Assembly: GCA_018710915.1 (NCBI GenBank)
Contig: DVIY01000014.1
Location: 1 to 51,980, forward strand
Source of the DNA: Candidatus Gallacutalibacter pullistercoris
GTDB taxonomy: Bacteria > Bacillota > Clostridia > Oscillospirales > Acutalibacteraceae
DNA: 51,980 nucleotides
Direction of reading: 5' to 3'
A program made the translations under genes and the position numbers. A model generated the notes under the pieces. That model was given only the letters and a program-made list of their open reading frames with translations. It made no database searches and was not told where the DNA came from. The first letter of the stretch is position 1. Each line of letters begins with the position of its first letter. This document shows, piece after piece, positions 9,553 to 17,917 of the stretch.

Positions 9553-10902
9553 TTATGCCAGCTCCCGGCGCATCACTTCCGCCACGGTATTGGCAATCTC
9601 GCGGATTTCTTCATCGTCTTCGCCTTCCACCATGACGCGCAGCAGCGGTTCGGTGCCAGAAGGACGGACCACAATACGGCCACGGTCGCCCAGCTGTTTT
9701 TTCGCGTCATCGATAGCCTGGCGTACACGGATATCGGTATAAAAACGGAGCTTGCCCTCGTTGCTCACCGTGATATTCACCAGCACCTGCGGATAACGGC
9801 TCATGACAGAAGCCAGGTCGGAGAGCTTTGCTTCCCGGCGGCGCAGGATGCTCATCAGCTGGCAGGCAGACATCTGGCCATCGCCGGTGGTGGCGAAATC
9901 CAGGAAAATGAAATGCCCGCTCTGCTCACCGCCAAAGTTATAGCCCTGGAGCAGCATTTCTTCCAGCACATAGCGGTCACCCACCTTGGTGGCGACAAAG
10001 TCCATGCCATTGGCTTCACAGAACTTGGCAAACCCCATATTGGTCATGATAGTGCCCACCACAGAGTTCTTGGCCAGCTTGCCGCGGGACTTCATATCCA
10101 GCGCACAGATAGCCATAAAGAAATCACCGTCCACCAAGTTGCCGTTTTCGTCCACCGCCAAACAGCGGTCTGCATCGCCGTCAAATGCGATACCGGCATC
10201 ACAGTGGTGCTCCTTCACATATTCCATCAGGCCTTCCACGTGAGTGGAACCACAGTTATCATTAATATTCACGCCATTGGGCTCGGCATTGAGCATGTGC
10301 ACCTTTGCCCCCAGCTCGGTAAACAGGAGCTCAGCAGTCCGGGAAGCGGAACCGTTGGCGCAGTCAATTGCCAGCTCCATACCATCCAGTGCAAAGGGGA
10401 CGGTGGCCTTGATATGGTCCACATAGTCCCGCACCACATTGGGGGCGGCAGTGACTTTGCCCACATCGCCGCCAACCGGGCACGGAAAGGGCTGTACTTC
10501 ATCCAACACGATAGCTTCAATCTGCTCTTCCAGCGCATCGGGCAGCTTATAGCCGTCGCCGCTGAAAATCTTGATGCCGTTGAACTCGCAGGGGTTATGA
10601 GAAGCAGAGATCATCACACCGGCATCCGCTTTGTATTTTCCTACCAGGAACGCCACAGCAGGAGTGGGCACAACACCCAGCTGTACCACATTGGCGCCTA
10701 CACTGCACAAACCGGCGGTCAGCGCATTTTCCAGCATATCGCTGGAGAGGCGGGTATCTTTACCGATGAGGATCTTGGGGTGGCGGTGGTCGTTGTCTGT
10801 CAACACCATGGCAGCGGCACGGCCGATGTTCATGGCCAGCTCACAGGTCAGCTCGCTGTTGGCGATTCCTCTTGCGCCGTCTGTTCCAAAAAGTCTTCCC
10901 AT
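9553..10902 (-). CDS. glmM: Phosphoglucosamine mutase GlmM
   Basis: MGRLFGTDGARGIAN, active-site Ser loop ISASHNP, Mg loop FDGDADR. ATG at 10902 is preferred over the GTG at 10911, which abuts the RBS. Confidence 0.92.
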   Translation of the reverse strand: MGRLFGTDGARGIANSELTCELAMNIGRAAAMVLTDNDHRHPKILIGKDTRLSSDMLENALTAGLCSVGANVVQLGVVPTPAVAFLVGKYKADAGVMISASHNPCEFNGIKIFSGDGYKLPDALEEQIEAIVLDEVQPFPCPVGGDVGKVTAAPNVVRDYVDHIKATVPFALDGMELAIDCANGSASRTAELLFTELGAKVHMLNAEPNGVNINDNCGSTHVEGLMEYVKEHHCDAGIAFDGDADRCLAVDENGNLVDGDFFMAICALDMKSRGKLAKNSVVGTIMTNMGFAKFCEANGMDFVATKVGDRYVLEEMLLQGYNFGGEQSGHFIFLDFATTGDGQMSACQLMSILRRREAKLSDLASVMSRYPQVLVNITVSNEGKLRFYTDIRVRQAIDDAKKQLGDRGRIVVRPSGTEPLLRVMVEGEDDEEIREIANTVAEVMRRELA

Positions 10903-10979
10903 AGTACACACACTCCGTTTCTTTGATTTGATTCAGTTTTTGTATCATTTCAGAATTCATTTTCTGTTGCAATTTATTT

Positions 10980-11594
10980 CTATGCAAATGTATTTTCCTT
11001 TACGCCGGGCAGCAGGTCATAAATGGAAATTCCCATTCTTTTTTCCAGCTCGTCCTTAATTTCATACGTTGCTCTCCATTTGGGAATCATATATTGATTT
11101 GGGCCATATCTCATGGCAACATCTACCCAGCGCTTTTCCAGCAGGCAGAACCCTGTCCCCATAGCCAATGCATCACAAAGTTGAATCAGGCGGTCATATC
11201 TGTCGTAAGTGATTTGGGAAAGAAGTTCCCCCATACGCTTCCGGGCGCTGTTCCCATCCCGCTCCGGGTCTACATTCCATGAACCAAAGCAGCTGTCAAT
11301 ATCCTGATAAGGGAAGGAATGGGTCAGGCAGATTCTGGCCACCTCAGGGTAGCCCAGCTCCATCATAAAGTCATAACCATCGGCAATATGCAAGTTGCCA
11401 GTGCTGCCAAACCGCCGTCCAATGTCGTGGAGCATGCCCAGCACCTGCGCCTTTTCCGGGTCAAGTTCCGGGATGCGCTCTGCAATGGCACGGGCCGCCC
11501 GCCCTACATACCGGCAGTGTTCATCCCATAAACCGGGATTCATCTTTATACCTTCCTGTAACCAGGCTTCTGCCTGTTGTATTGTTGGAAACAT
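10980..11594 (-). CDS. HD domain-containing phosphohydrolase
   Basis: 204 aa with an H...HD motif (LGMLHDIGRRFG) and a downstream His/Asp (ICLTHSF, LCDALA). Confidence 0.7.
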   Translation of the reverse strand: MFPTIQQAEAWLQEGIKMNPGLWDEHCRYVGRAARAIAERIPELDPEKAQVLGMLHDIGRRFGSTGNLHIADGYDFMMELGYPEVARICLTHSFPYQDIDSCFGSWNVDPERDGNSARKRMGELLSQITYDRYDRLIQLCDALAMGTGFCLLEKRWVDVAMRYGPNQYMIPKWRATYEIKDELEKRMGISIYDLLPGVKENTFA

Positions 11595-11625
11595 GGAGGG
11601 CTCCTTTCTTTATCAATTTTTTTCT

Positions 11626-11916
11626 TCAAAGGACGCGCATTGCGCGTCCTTGTTTTTGAATCGATAAAAGCAAATGAACGTGATTGGGCATAATGACATA
11701 TTGATCTACCGCTACAGCCGGATAACAAACTGGAATTTTTAGAATCATCTTTTCTGTAATTTCACCGTATTCGGATAACTCATACTGTGGAATTTGATAT
11801 CCTGTCTTCCACAACAGTTCGTATCGTTTCTGGGTACAAAAAGTAATGAAATAAGTTCCATTTTCACTGTAATCATACCCTTTTAAACGGTTAGGCTTTC
11901 TTCGATGAATTTCCAA
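11626..11916 (-). pseudogene. Truncated REP-associated tyrosine transposase (RayT)/IS200-like Y1 HUH transposase remnant: N-terminal half only
   Basis: 96-aa ORF reading MEIHRRKPNRLKGYDYSENGTYFITFCTQKR...YVIMPNHVHLLLSIQ. It carries the HUH motif (HVH) but stops about 10 codons later. The C-terminal helix with the catalytic Tyr, expected in proteins of about 150-190 aa, is absent. The HD gene starts 31 bp downstream. Confidence 0.65.
11629..11651. repeat. Perfect 10-bp-stem palindrome forming the last codons of the RayT-like remnant
   Basis: aaggacgcgc att gcgcgtcctt, followed by gttttt on the plus strand. The ORF stop (11626-11628) abuts it. Confidence 0.8.
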
Positions 11917-11941
11917 CTCTATTCACCACCAAGCCACATAC

Positions 11942-13009
11942 TTATTCAAATAAGCTCTGCTGCATCATGGCGGCAGCTTCACCGGGAGGGGTGAGTCCCA
12001 AATGACGGTATGCCGCCGGGGTGACACACCGCCCCCGAGGGGTGCGGTTCAAAAATCCAATCTGCATCAGGTAGGGCTCAATCACATCTTCAATGGTGAC
12101 GGATTCTTCGCCAATGGCCGCCGCCAAGGTGTCCAGCCCTACCGGGCCGCCGTTATAGTAATCAATCATAGCCCGCATCATGCGGCGGTCACCGGAATCC
12201 AGCCCAAGCTGGTCAATTTCCAGCCGGTCAAGGGCAATAGAAGCGCTGTGCTCATCAATTACCCCGTTGCTGATAACCTGTGCGAAATCACGCACACGCT
12301 TCAAAAGCCGGTTGGCGATACGGGGCGTACCCCGAGAACGCCGGGCTATTTCCAGCGCGCCATCGGCGGCAATGTCGATGCCCAAAATTCTGGCGCTGCG
12401 GGTCACGATCTGGGCCAGCTCTTTCGGGGAATACATTTCCAACCGAAGAACCACACCAAAACGGTCACGCAGAGGGGCGGTCAGCTGTCCAGCACGGGTG
12501 GTAGCACCCACCAACGTGAATTTGGGCAGCGGCAGATGATAAGAAGCCGCCATCTGCCCCTTACCGGTGATGATATCCAGTGCGAAGTCCTCCATGGCGG
12601 GATAGAGGATTTCCTCTACGCTCCGGGAAAGGCGGTGCACCTCATCGATAAACAGCACGTCGCCGGGGTTCAGATTGGTGAGCAGTGCTGCCAGATCACC
12701 GGGCTTTTCAATGGCCGGGCCGCTGGTAATGCGCAAGTTAACTCCCAGCTCATTGGCGATAATGCCTGCCAGCGTAGTTTTACCCAAACCGGGTGGGCCA
12801 TAGAGAAGCACATGATCCAGCGCTTCCCCCCGCTGCCGGGCCGCTTCAATAAACACAGACAAGTTCTCTTTTGCTTTGTCCTGTCCGATATATTCCGAAA
12901 GGGTCCGCGGACGCAGGGGATTTTCCACCGCCGCATCCTCCGGATTATAGGCCGGGTCAATCATCCGGTTCTCAAAATCCATTTCGGAAGCATTGCTTTC
13001 GTAGTCCAC
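11942..13009 (-). CDS. ruvB: Holliday junction branch migration helicase RuvB
   Basis: Walker [14 protein letters not shown], Walker [10 protein letters not shown], sensor [16 protein letters not shown]. Confidence 0.95.
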   Translation of the reverse strand: MDYESNASEMDFENRMIDPAYNPEDAAVENPLRPRTLSEYIGQDKAKENLSVFIEAARQRGEALDHVLLYGPPGLGKTTLAGIIANELGVNLRITSGPAIEKPGDLAALLTNLNPGDVLFIDEVHRLSRSVEEILYPAMEDFALDIITGKGQMAASYHLPLPKFTLVGATTRAGQLTAPLRDRFGVVLRLEMYSPKELAQIVTRSARILGIDIAADGALEIARRSRGTPRIANRLLKRVRDFAQVISNGVIDEHSASIALDRLEIDQLGLDSGDRRMMRAMIDYYNGGPVGLDTLAAAIGEESVTIEDVIEPYLMQIGFLNRTPRGRCVTPAAYRHLGLTPPGEAAAMMQQSLFE

Positions 13010-13023
13010 TTATCTCCCCCCTG

Positions 13024-13644
13024 TCAGTCCCACTTGGGCGCCAATGCCCGCAGGGAAAGCCGGATCAACTCTTCCACCGGGAGGGAAGAATCCAGCTTGC
13101 CCACAACCGCTGCCGCGTCGCTGGGGCTGTATCCCAGCACCGCCAGTGCGTTGACAGCCTCCGCCGCATTGGAAGATGCCGACACCACGCCGGCCGCTTC
13201 GATATTTTCCATGGACAGGCCACCTTCGGCAGAACCGCCCATTTTCTTTACTTTATCTTTCAACTCCAGCGCAATTCGTTGGGCCAGTTTGGGGCCGACA
13301 CCGCTGGCACGGGTCAGCACTTTGCTGTCACCAGAAGCCACTGCCATGGCCACCCGCTCGGGGGTCAACTCTGACAAAATGGCCAGCCCCACTTTGGGGC
13401 CAACACCACTGACGCCGGTGAGCATTTTGAAGCAATTCAGCTCACTCATGCTGTAAAAACCGAATAAATCCAGCGCATCCTCCCGGACGTTAAGGTGGGT
13501 ATACAGGGTTACTGTTTCTCCAAGCTGGGGCAGATTCCGCTGGGTGCTCAGGGTGGTCAGGCACTTAAAGCCCACACCGCCGCACTCTACCACGACAAAT
13601 CCCAGTTCTGAATGGATGAGTTTTCCTTTTACGCTGTAAAACAT
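13024..13644 (-). CDS. ruvA: Holliday junction DNA-binding protein RuvA
   Basis: MFYSVKGKLIHSELGFVVVECGGVGFK... then HhH motifs (LTGVSGVGPKVGLAILS, LTRASGVGPKLAQRI). ATG at 13644 has a GGGAGG RBS. The ORF track extends it to 13722. Confidence 0.92.
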   Translation of the reverse strand: MFYSVKGKLIHSELGFVVVECGGVGFKCLTTLSTQRNLPQLGETVTLYTHLNVREDALDLFGFYSMSELNCFKMLTGVSGVGPKVGLAILSELTPERVAMAVASGDSKVLTRASGVGPKLAQRIALELKDKVKKMGGSAEGGLSMENIEAAGVVSASSNAAEAVNALAVLGYSPSDAAAVVGKLDSSLPVEELIRLSLRALAPKWD

Positions 13645-13664
13645 CACGATACCTCCCTGTTGTA

Positions 13665-14168
13665 TCAACCCCGGCGAAGCAGGCTTCTCCGCAAAGCGGA
13701 GCCTGCGGCTTGTCCGTGACAAATCGCCATAGCCAGCGCGTCAGCGGTATCGTCGGGTTTGGGAATTTCCTGCAAACACAAAAGCCGGCGGGTCATCTCC
13801 ATAACCTGTGGCTTTTTGGCCCCGCCATAGCCGGTGACCGCCATTTTCACCTGCATGGGGGTATATTCAAAAATCGGCACCCCGGCCTTTTTCGCCGCCA
13901 GCAGAATAACCCCACGGGCCTCTGCCACGCCGATAGCCGTGGTCTTGTTATTGCTGAAATAGAGCTTTTCCAGCGCCATCGATTCGGGTTTCCACTTTTC
14001 CAAAACGGAAGAAAGGGCGTCATAGATGATTTCCAGCCGCCGCTCAAAAGGTTCTCCCGCCCTGGTGACAATCGCGCCATGCTCAAGCGAGCGGTAACGG
14101 CTGTTTTGTGCCTGCACTATCCCATAGCCCACAATGGCATATCCGGGGTCCAGACCCAGAATAATCAC
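13665..14168 (-). CDS. ruvC: Crossover junction endodeoxyribonuclease RuvC
   Basis: (V/M)IILGLDPGYAIVGYG... with the catalytic Asp motif, and ADALAMAICH near the C-terminus. GTG at 14168 lies 7 nt after AAAGGAG. The ORF track extends it to 14228. Confidence 0.9.
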   Translation of the reverse strand: MIILGLDPGYAIVGYGIVQAQNSRYRSLEHGAIVTRAGEPFERRLEIIYDALSSVLEKWKPESMALEKLYFSNNKTTAIGVAEARGVILLAAKKAGVPIFEYTPMQVKMAVTGYGGAKKPQVMEMTRRLLCLQEIPKPDDTADALAMAICHGQAAGSALRRSLLRRG

Positions 14169-14384
14169 AAAACCGCTCCTTTCTTTTGCAAATCTTCTTA
14201 GATAATTCGTTCTATTATACCATATCACGAAAAAAATGAAAAGAAAAACCGCCTCTTCCCATCCAGTTTTGCGGTTTGTTATGAGTTTTTTATTCTTTTT
14301 ATGCAGAAACTGTATTGACAGTTGAATTTACATGGCAACAGGCGCACTATCCGCTACTCTCTGCGGTTAGTACGCCTGTAATCG

Positions 14385-15104
14385 TTATGTAAGACCAGCC
14401 AATTCCCGGATGACCTCTCCTGCCAGCACCAACCCAGCAGCAGAAGGAACAAACGCTACACTGCCGGGTACAGAACGCCGTCCGTTCTCTTCTCTGCTTT
14501 CGGGTTTTCTCGGTTCCTCGCGGGAATAGACCACCTTCATATGCTGAATTCCACGGTTTTTTAGCTCACGGCGCATCACCCGCGCCAATGGGCAAACGCT
14601 TGTCTTCGCAAGGTCAGCCACTTCAAAAGCAGACGGGTCAAGTTTATTCCCCGCTCCCATACTGCTGATAATCGGAACCCCGGCTGCTTTTGCCCGTACC
14701 GCCAGTTCAATCTTCGCCGTTACCATATCCACTGCATCGACGATATAATCATATTGCGAAAAGTCAAACTCTTCGGCATTATCCGGCGTAAAATAGCAGC
14801 TATGCAGCACCACTTTGGCTTCCGGATTGATATCGTGTATTCTCTCTCCCATCACTTCGGTTTTCAGCCTTCCGACCGTGCTGTGCAAGGCAATAATCTG
14901 GCGGTTCAAATTGGACAGAGATACCGTGTCCCCATCAATGAGATCCAATGCTCCCACACCGCTGCGCACCAGAGCTTCTACTACAAATCCGCCTACGCCG
15001 CCCACGCCAAACACGGCTACACGCGCATGACACAGCTTTTCCATGGCAGAAGCGCCCAACAGCAATTCAGTACGGGAAAGCTGTTCTTTGAGGTTTTCTG
15101 TCAT
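14385..15104 (-). CDS. tcdA: tRNA threonylcarbamoyladenosine dehydratase TcdA (ThiF/E1-like)
   Basis: RVAVFGVGGVGGFVVEALVRSGVGALDLIDGDTVSLSNLNRQ (E1-like nucleotide-binding fold), 239 aa. Confidence 0.85.
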   Translation of the reverse strand: MTENLKEQLSRTELLLGASAMEKLCHARVAVFGVGGVGGFVVEALVRSGVGALDLIDGDTVSLSNLNRQIIALHSTVGRLKTEVMGERIHDINPEAKVVLHSCYFTPDNAEEFDFSQYDYIVDAVDMVTAKIELAVRAKAAGVPIISSMGAGNKLDPSAFEVADLAKTSVCPLARVMRRELKNRGIQHMKVVYSREEPRKPESREENGRRSVPGSVAFVPSAAGLVLAGEVIRELAGLT

Positions 15105-15176
15105 ATGCTTCTTCCCCTTTCTGCAAAATCGTTATGCCGATATTATAACACAGGTCACGTCTTTTACGAAACACAG

Positions 15177-15205
15177 GTATATTTTTCTGCTCTTCGGCCA
15201 TACTT
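15177..15205 (+). promoter_or_regulatory. Candidate forespore-type (sigma-G/sigma-F-like) promoter of ypeB
   Basis: GTATA-N17-CATACTT, 34 nt upstream of the ypeB ATG. The Bacillus sigma-G consensus, from memory, is G(C/T)ATA-N17/18-CATnnTA. Confidence 0.3.
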
Positions 15206-15238
15206 TTCTCAACAGACTCTGGCAAAGGAGGACTTTTC

Positions 15239-16585
15239 ATGACCCGAAGAGGAAAAATCCGAACCGGTATATTTGTACTGGCAGCCGTAACCGTATTGGG
15301 GGTCGGGCTCTCTGTACGCAATATGCAGGCTGCTGAAGCAGAAACTACCCTTTCTTACGTATACCAACGGGCTGTCAACGACCTTTCCGGTTATGTAACC
15401 GGAATGGAAGCTGCTTTGGAAAAAGTACGATATGCCAACACGGCTACTGCACAGACAAGCCTTGCCGCACAGCTTCTGGAAGAGTCTTCCGGTGCAAAAG
15501 CTGCATTGGCTGCTCTGCCTGTATCCGGAGAAAATTCCGGCAATATCAATCGCTTTCTGGCGCAATCGGGCGACTATGCCTCTTATCTTTCCAGACGGCT
15601 GGCTGCCGGCTCTACGCTGGGAGACGAAGATTTTGAGAACCTTTCCATGCTTCGAAAATATGCTGAAACTTTGAACGAAGAGCTGCAAAAACTGGAAGAG
15701 CGTTTCCGATATGGAAAAGTAACCATGAACGAAGCCAAAACGACTTTGCAGAATATTACAGAAGCACTGCCTGCATTTGGAGGCGAGCTGGAAAAAAGCG
15801 CTTCTGCCTTTGGAGAATATCCTACCCTGATTTATGATGGGCCATTCAGCGACCATATTTCCCAGATGACCGCCAAAGCCACCAAAGGGCTGGAACGTCT
15901 GCCGCAGGGAAATGCAGAACAGGCCGCAGCAAAATATTTGGGCGTAAAATCTTCTGAACTGGAGCACACTACCGATACCGGCGGCGGCCTGCCCTGTTAT
16001 AACTTTACCAGCGGGGATATCCGCATTTCTGTCACCAAGGATGGTGGGCTTTTATGCTCCATCTCCAATTCCCGAACAATTAAAGAAAACAAGCTCTCTC
16101 AGGAAGAAGCCCTGAAAAAAGCGGAAGATTTTCTGAAAAAATCCGGTATTACCAGTTTTCAAGAAAGCTATTATATCACGGCAGATGGAATCTGCACATT
16201 TAATTTTGCCTGGCTGGAAGAAACTGATTCCCTTTCTGTGACCTGTTACCCCGACTTAATCAAAGTGGGCGTGGCGCTGGATAACGGAGAGATTGTCTCC
16301 TACAACGCCTCCGGTTACCTGATGAACCACCATACCAGAAGTTTTGAAGGGGCCGCCGTTTCAGCCGAAAAAGCGCGGGAATCCATTAGCCCGCGTTTAC
16401 AAATCCAGCATGAGCCGAACCTGGCATTGATTCCCACGCCGGGGCTGGATGAAGTCCTGTGCTGGGAATTTGTGTGCAAGGGTGAAGACGGTGAAGATAT
16501 TCTGGTGTATATCAATGTACAAACCGGCATGGAAGAACGCATCTATGAATTGATTGAAAGTGACAACGGCGTTCTGGCGCTATAA
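15239..16585 (+). CDS. ypeB: Germination protein YpeB (membrane-anchored, PepSY-domain)
   Basis: 448 aa. N-terminal TM segment (GIFVLAAVTVLGVGL). YpeB-like N-domain (ALEKVRYANTATAQTSLAAQLLEESSGAKAALAALP...NRFLAQSGDYASYL). C-terminal PepSY-like repeats. AAAGGAGG RBS. Confidence 0.7.
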   Translation: MTRRGKIRTGIFVLAAVTVLGVGLSVRNMQAAEAETTLSYVYQRAVNDLSGYVTGMEAALEKVRYANTATAQTSLAAQLLEESSGAKAALAALPVSGENSGNINRFLAQSGDYASYLSRRLAAGSTLGDEDFENLSMLRKYAETLNEELQKLEERFRYGKVTMNEAKTTLQNITEALPAFGGELEKSASAFGEYPTLIYDGPFSDHISQMTAKATKGLERLPQGNAEQAAAKYLGVKSSELEHTTDTGGGLPCYNFTSGDIRISVTKDGGLLCSISNSRTIKENKLSQEEALKKAEDFLKKSGITSFQESYYITADGICTFNFAWLEETDSLSVTCYPDLIKVGVALDNGEIVSYNASGYLMNHHTRSFEGAAVSAEKARESISPRLQIQHEPNLALIPTPGLDEVLCWEFVCKGEDGEDILVYINVQTGMEERIYELIESDNGVLAL

Positions 16586-16660
16586 CAGCGAGATGTTTTG
16601 CGCCAACTTCCTGAATACGGACGATTTTATCCACCGCCGGAAAGGGGGGCGCAGAAAAAA

Positions 16661-16716
16661 GCTGAAATTTCAGCGCTTCACATCTGAAATCTCTTCTTCA
16701 CATCTGAAATCTCTTC
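16661..16716. repeat. 14-bp palindrome followed by two perfect tandem copies of a 20-bp unit
   Basis: gctgaaatttcagc (16661-16674), then ttcacatctgaaatctcttc at 16677-16696 and again at 16697-16716. The core CTGAAAT recurs at 16662, 16684 and 16704. Confidence 0.9.
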
Positions 16717-16723
16717 TTTCCTC

Positions 16724-16752
16724 TTGCATTATGATGAAAAATCTGGTATTCT
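16724..16752 (+). promoter_or_regulatory. Candidate sigma-A promoter with no downstream ORF
   Basis: TTGCAT-N17-TATTCT with a TGn extended -10 (tgg tattct), immediately downstream of the tandem repeats. Confidence 0.4.
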
Positions 16753-16890
16753 ATAAAAAAGCAGCAGCTATCAGGGATAATTTCCCGTCATTTTTGCTGT
16801 TGCAACTTATCCCCGCGAGGGGACGGTAACTCATCAATAATTTCTAGTAGAATCTCATCATGGCTACAGCTCTCTATATCCCGTAAGGGG

Positions 16891-16927
16891 AAAAAGCCCT
16901 TTCCGAAAAAACGGAAAGGGCTTTTTC
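16891..16927. terminator. Rho-independent terminator, symmetric A-tract/U-tract and therefore bidirectional in form
   Basis: aaaaa GCCCTTTCCG aaaaaa CGGAAAGGGC ttttt: a perfect 10-bp GC-rich stem extended by A/T pairs. Confidence 0.8.
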
Positions 16928-16961
16928 ATGTTTGCAAAGGGTTTGTATTTACGTCAACCGA

Positions 16962-17003
16962 CAAAAAAAATAAGGCCGCCGTACCTTTTCGGTACAGCGG
17001 CCT
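16962..17003 (-). terminator. Rho-independent terminator of fba
   Basis: Minus strand reads ggccgctgtacc gaaa ggtacggcggcc followed by ttatttttttt. It lies 27 bp after the fba stop. Confidence 0.85.
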
Positions 17004-17029
17004 ATTTTTAATCAGGATTTACAGCGCAA

Positions 17030-17893
17030 TCAGGCCTTGCCAACGGAACCGAACAGTTCCATCTTCTCCTTAACGGTAGCCTTGATAGCCTCGAAGCCGG
17101 GAGCCAGCAGCTTGCGGGGGTCGAAGCCCTTGCCCTGCAGGTCTTTGCCTTCTTCGATGTACTTGCGGGTAGCAGCTGCAAAGGACAGCTGGCACTCGGT
17201 GTTCACGTTGATCTTGGAAACGCCCAGATCGATAGCCTTCTTAATCATGTCGGCGGGGATACCGGTACCGCCATGCAGAACCAGAGGCATCACGCCGGTC
17301 TTCTGCTGGATAGCATCCAGAGCGTCGAAACGCAGGCCGGGCCAGTTCTCGGGATATTTGCCATGGATGTTGCCGATGCCAGCAGCCAGCATCGTCACGC
17401 CCAGATCAGCGATCATCTTGCACTCGTCGGGATCAGCCACTTCGCCAGCGCCAATCACACCGTCCTCTTCGCCGCCGATGGAGCCGACTTCAGCTTCAAC
17501 GGACATGCCCTTGGACTCAGCGATAGCAACCAGTTCCTTGGTCTTCTCGATGTTCTCTTCGATCGGATAGTGAGAACCGTCGAACATAATGGAGGAGAAG
17601 CCAGCCTCGATGCAGGCTTTAGCGCCCTCGTAGCTGCCGTGATCCAGATGCAGAGCTACGGGAACGGTGATCTTCAGCTCTTCCAGCATACCATTCACCA
17701 TGCCAACGATGGTCTTGTAGCCGCACATATACTTGCCTGCACCCTCGGAAACACCCAGAATAACAGGGGAATTCAGCTCCTGTGCAGTGAGCAGGATAGC
17801 CTTCGTCCACTCCAGGTTGTTGATGTTGAACTGTCCTACAGCATAGTGGCCAGCCTTGGCCTTGGTCAGCATTTCTTTTGCAGATACTAACAT
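17030..17893 (-). CDS. fba: Class II fructose-1,6-bisphosphate aldolase
   Basis: MLVSAKEMLTKAKAGHYAVGQFNINNLEW..., zinc ligands HLDHG and LVLHGGTG. ATG at 17893 has a GGAGG RBS. The ORF track extends it to 17935. Confidence 0.92.
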   Translation of the reverse strand: MLVSAKEMLTKAKAGHYAVGQFNINNLEWTKAILLTAQELNSPVILGVSEGAGKYMCGYKTIVGMVNGMLEELKITVPVALHLDHGSYEGAKACIEAGFSSIMFDGSHYPIEENIEKTKELVAIAESKGMSVEAEVGSIGGEEDGVIGAGEVADPDECKMIADLGVTMLAAGIGNIHGKYPENWPGLRFDALDAIQQKTGVMPLVLHGGTGIPADMIKKAIDLGVSKINVNTECQLSFAAATRKYIEEGKDLQGKGFDPRKLLAPGFEAIKATVKEKMELFGSVGKA

Positions 17894-17917
17894 TTTCAGT
17901 CCTCCATTTTTTAATTT

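Noticed and set aside
9394-10926. 510-aa plus-strand ORF
   Set aside because: It is antisense to glmM, whose product has unambiguous GlmM motifs. The antisense product is low-complexity (His/Gly/Ala/Gln-rich) with no RBS. This is a typical shadow ORF of a GC-rich codon-biased gene.
12002-13456. 484-aa plus-strand ORF spanning ruvB and ruvA in antisense
   Set aside because: It crosses two bona fide genes and their intergenic gap, and has no motifs. It is a shadow ORF.
16554-16829. 91-aa plus-strand ORF overlapping the ypeB end, and an internal 32-codon ORF from ATGATG at 16731
   Set aside because: There is no Shine-Dalgarno before either start. The ORF runs through tandem repeats and hairpins, and the product is low complexity. 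The region is better explained as non-coding.
16796-16895. Calling a CRISPR array here
   Set aside because: There is only one well-formed repeat-like unit and one degenerate copy, and no cas genes in the window. It is reported only as a low-interest observation, not as a CRISPR feature.
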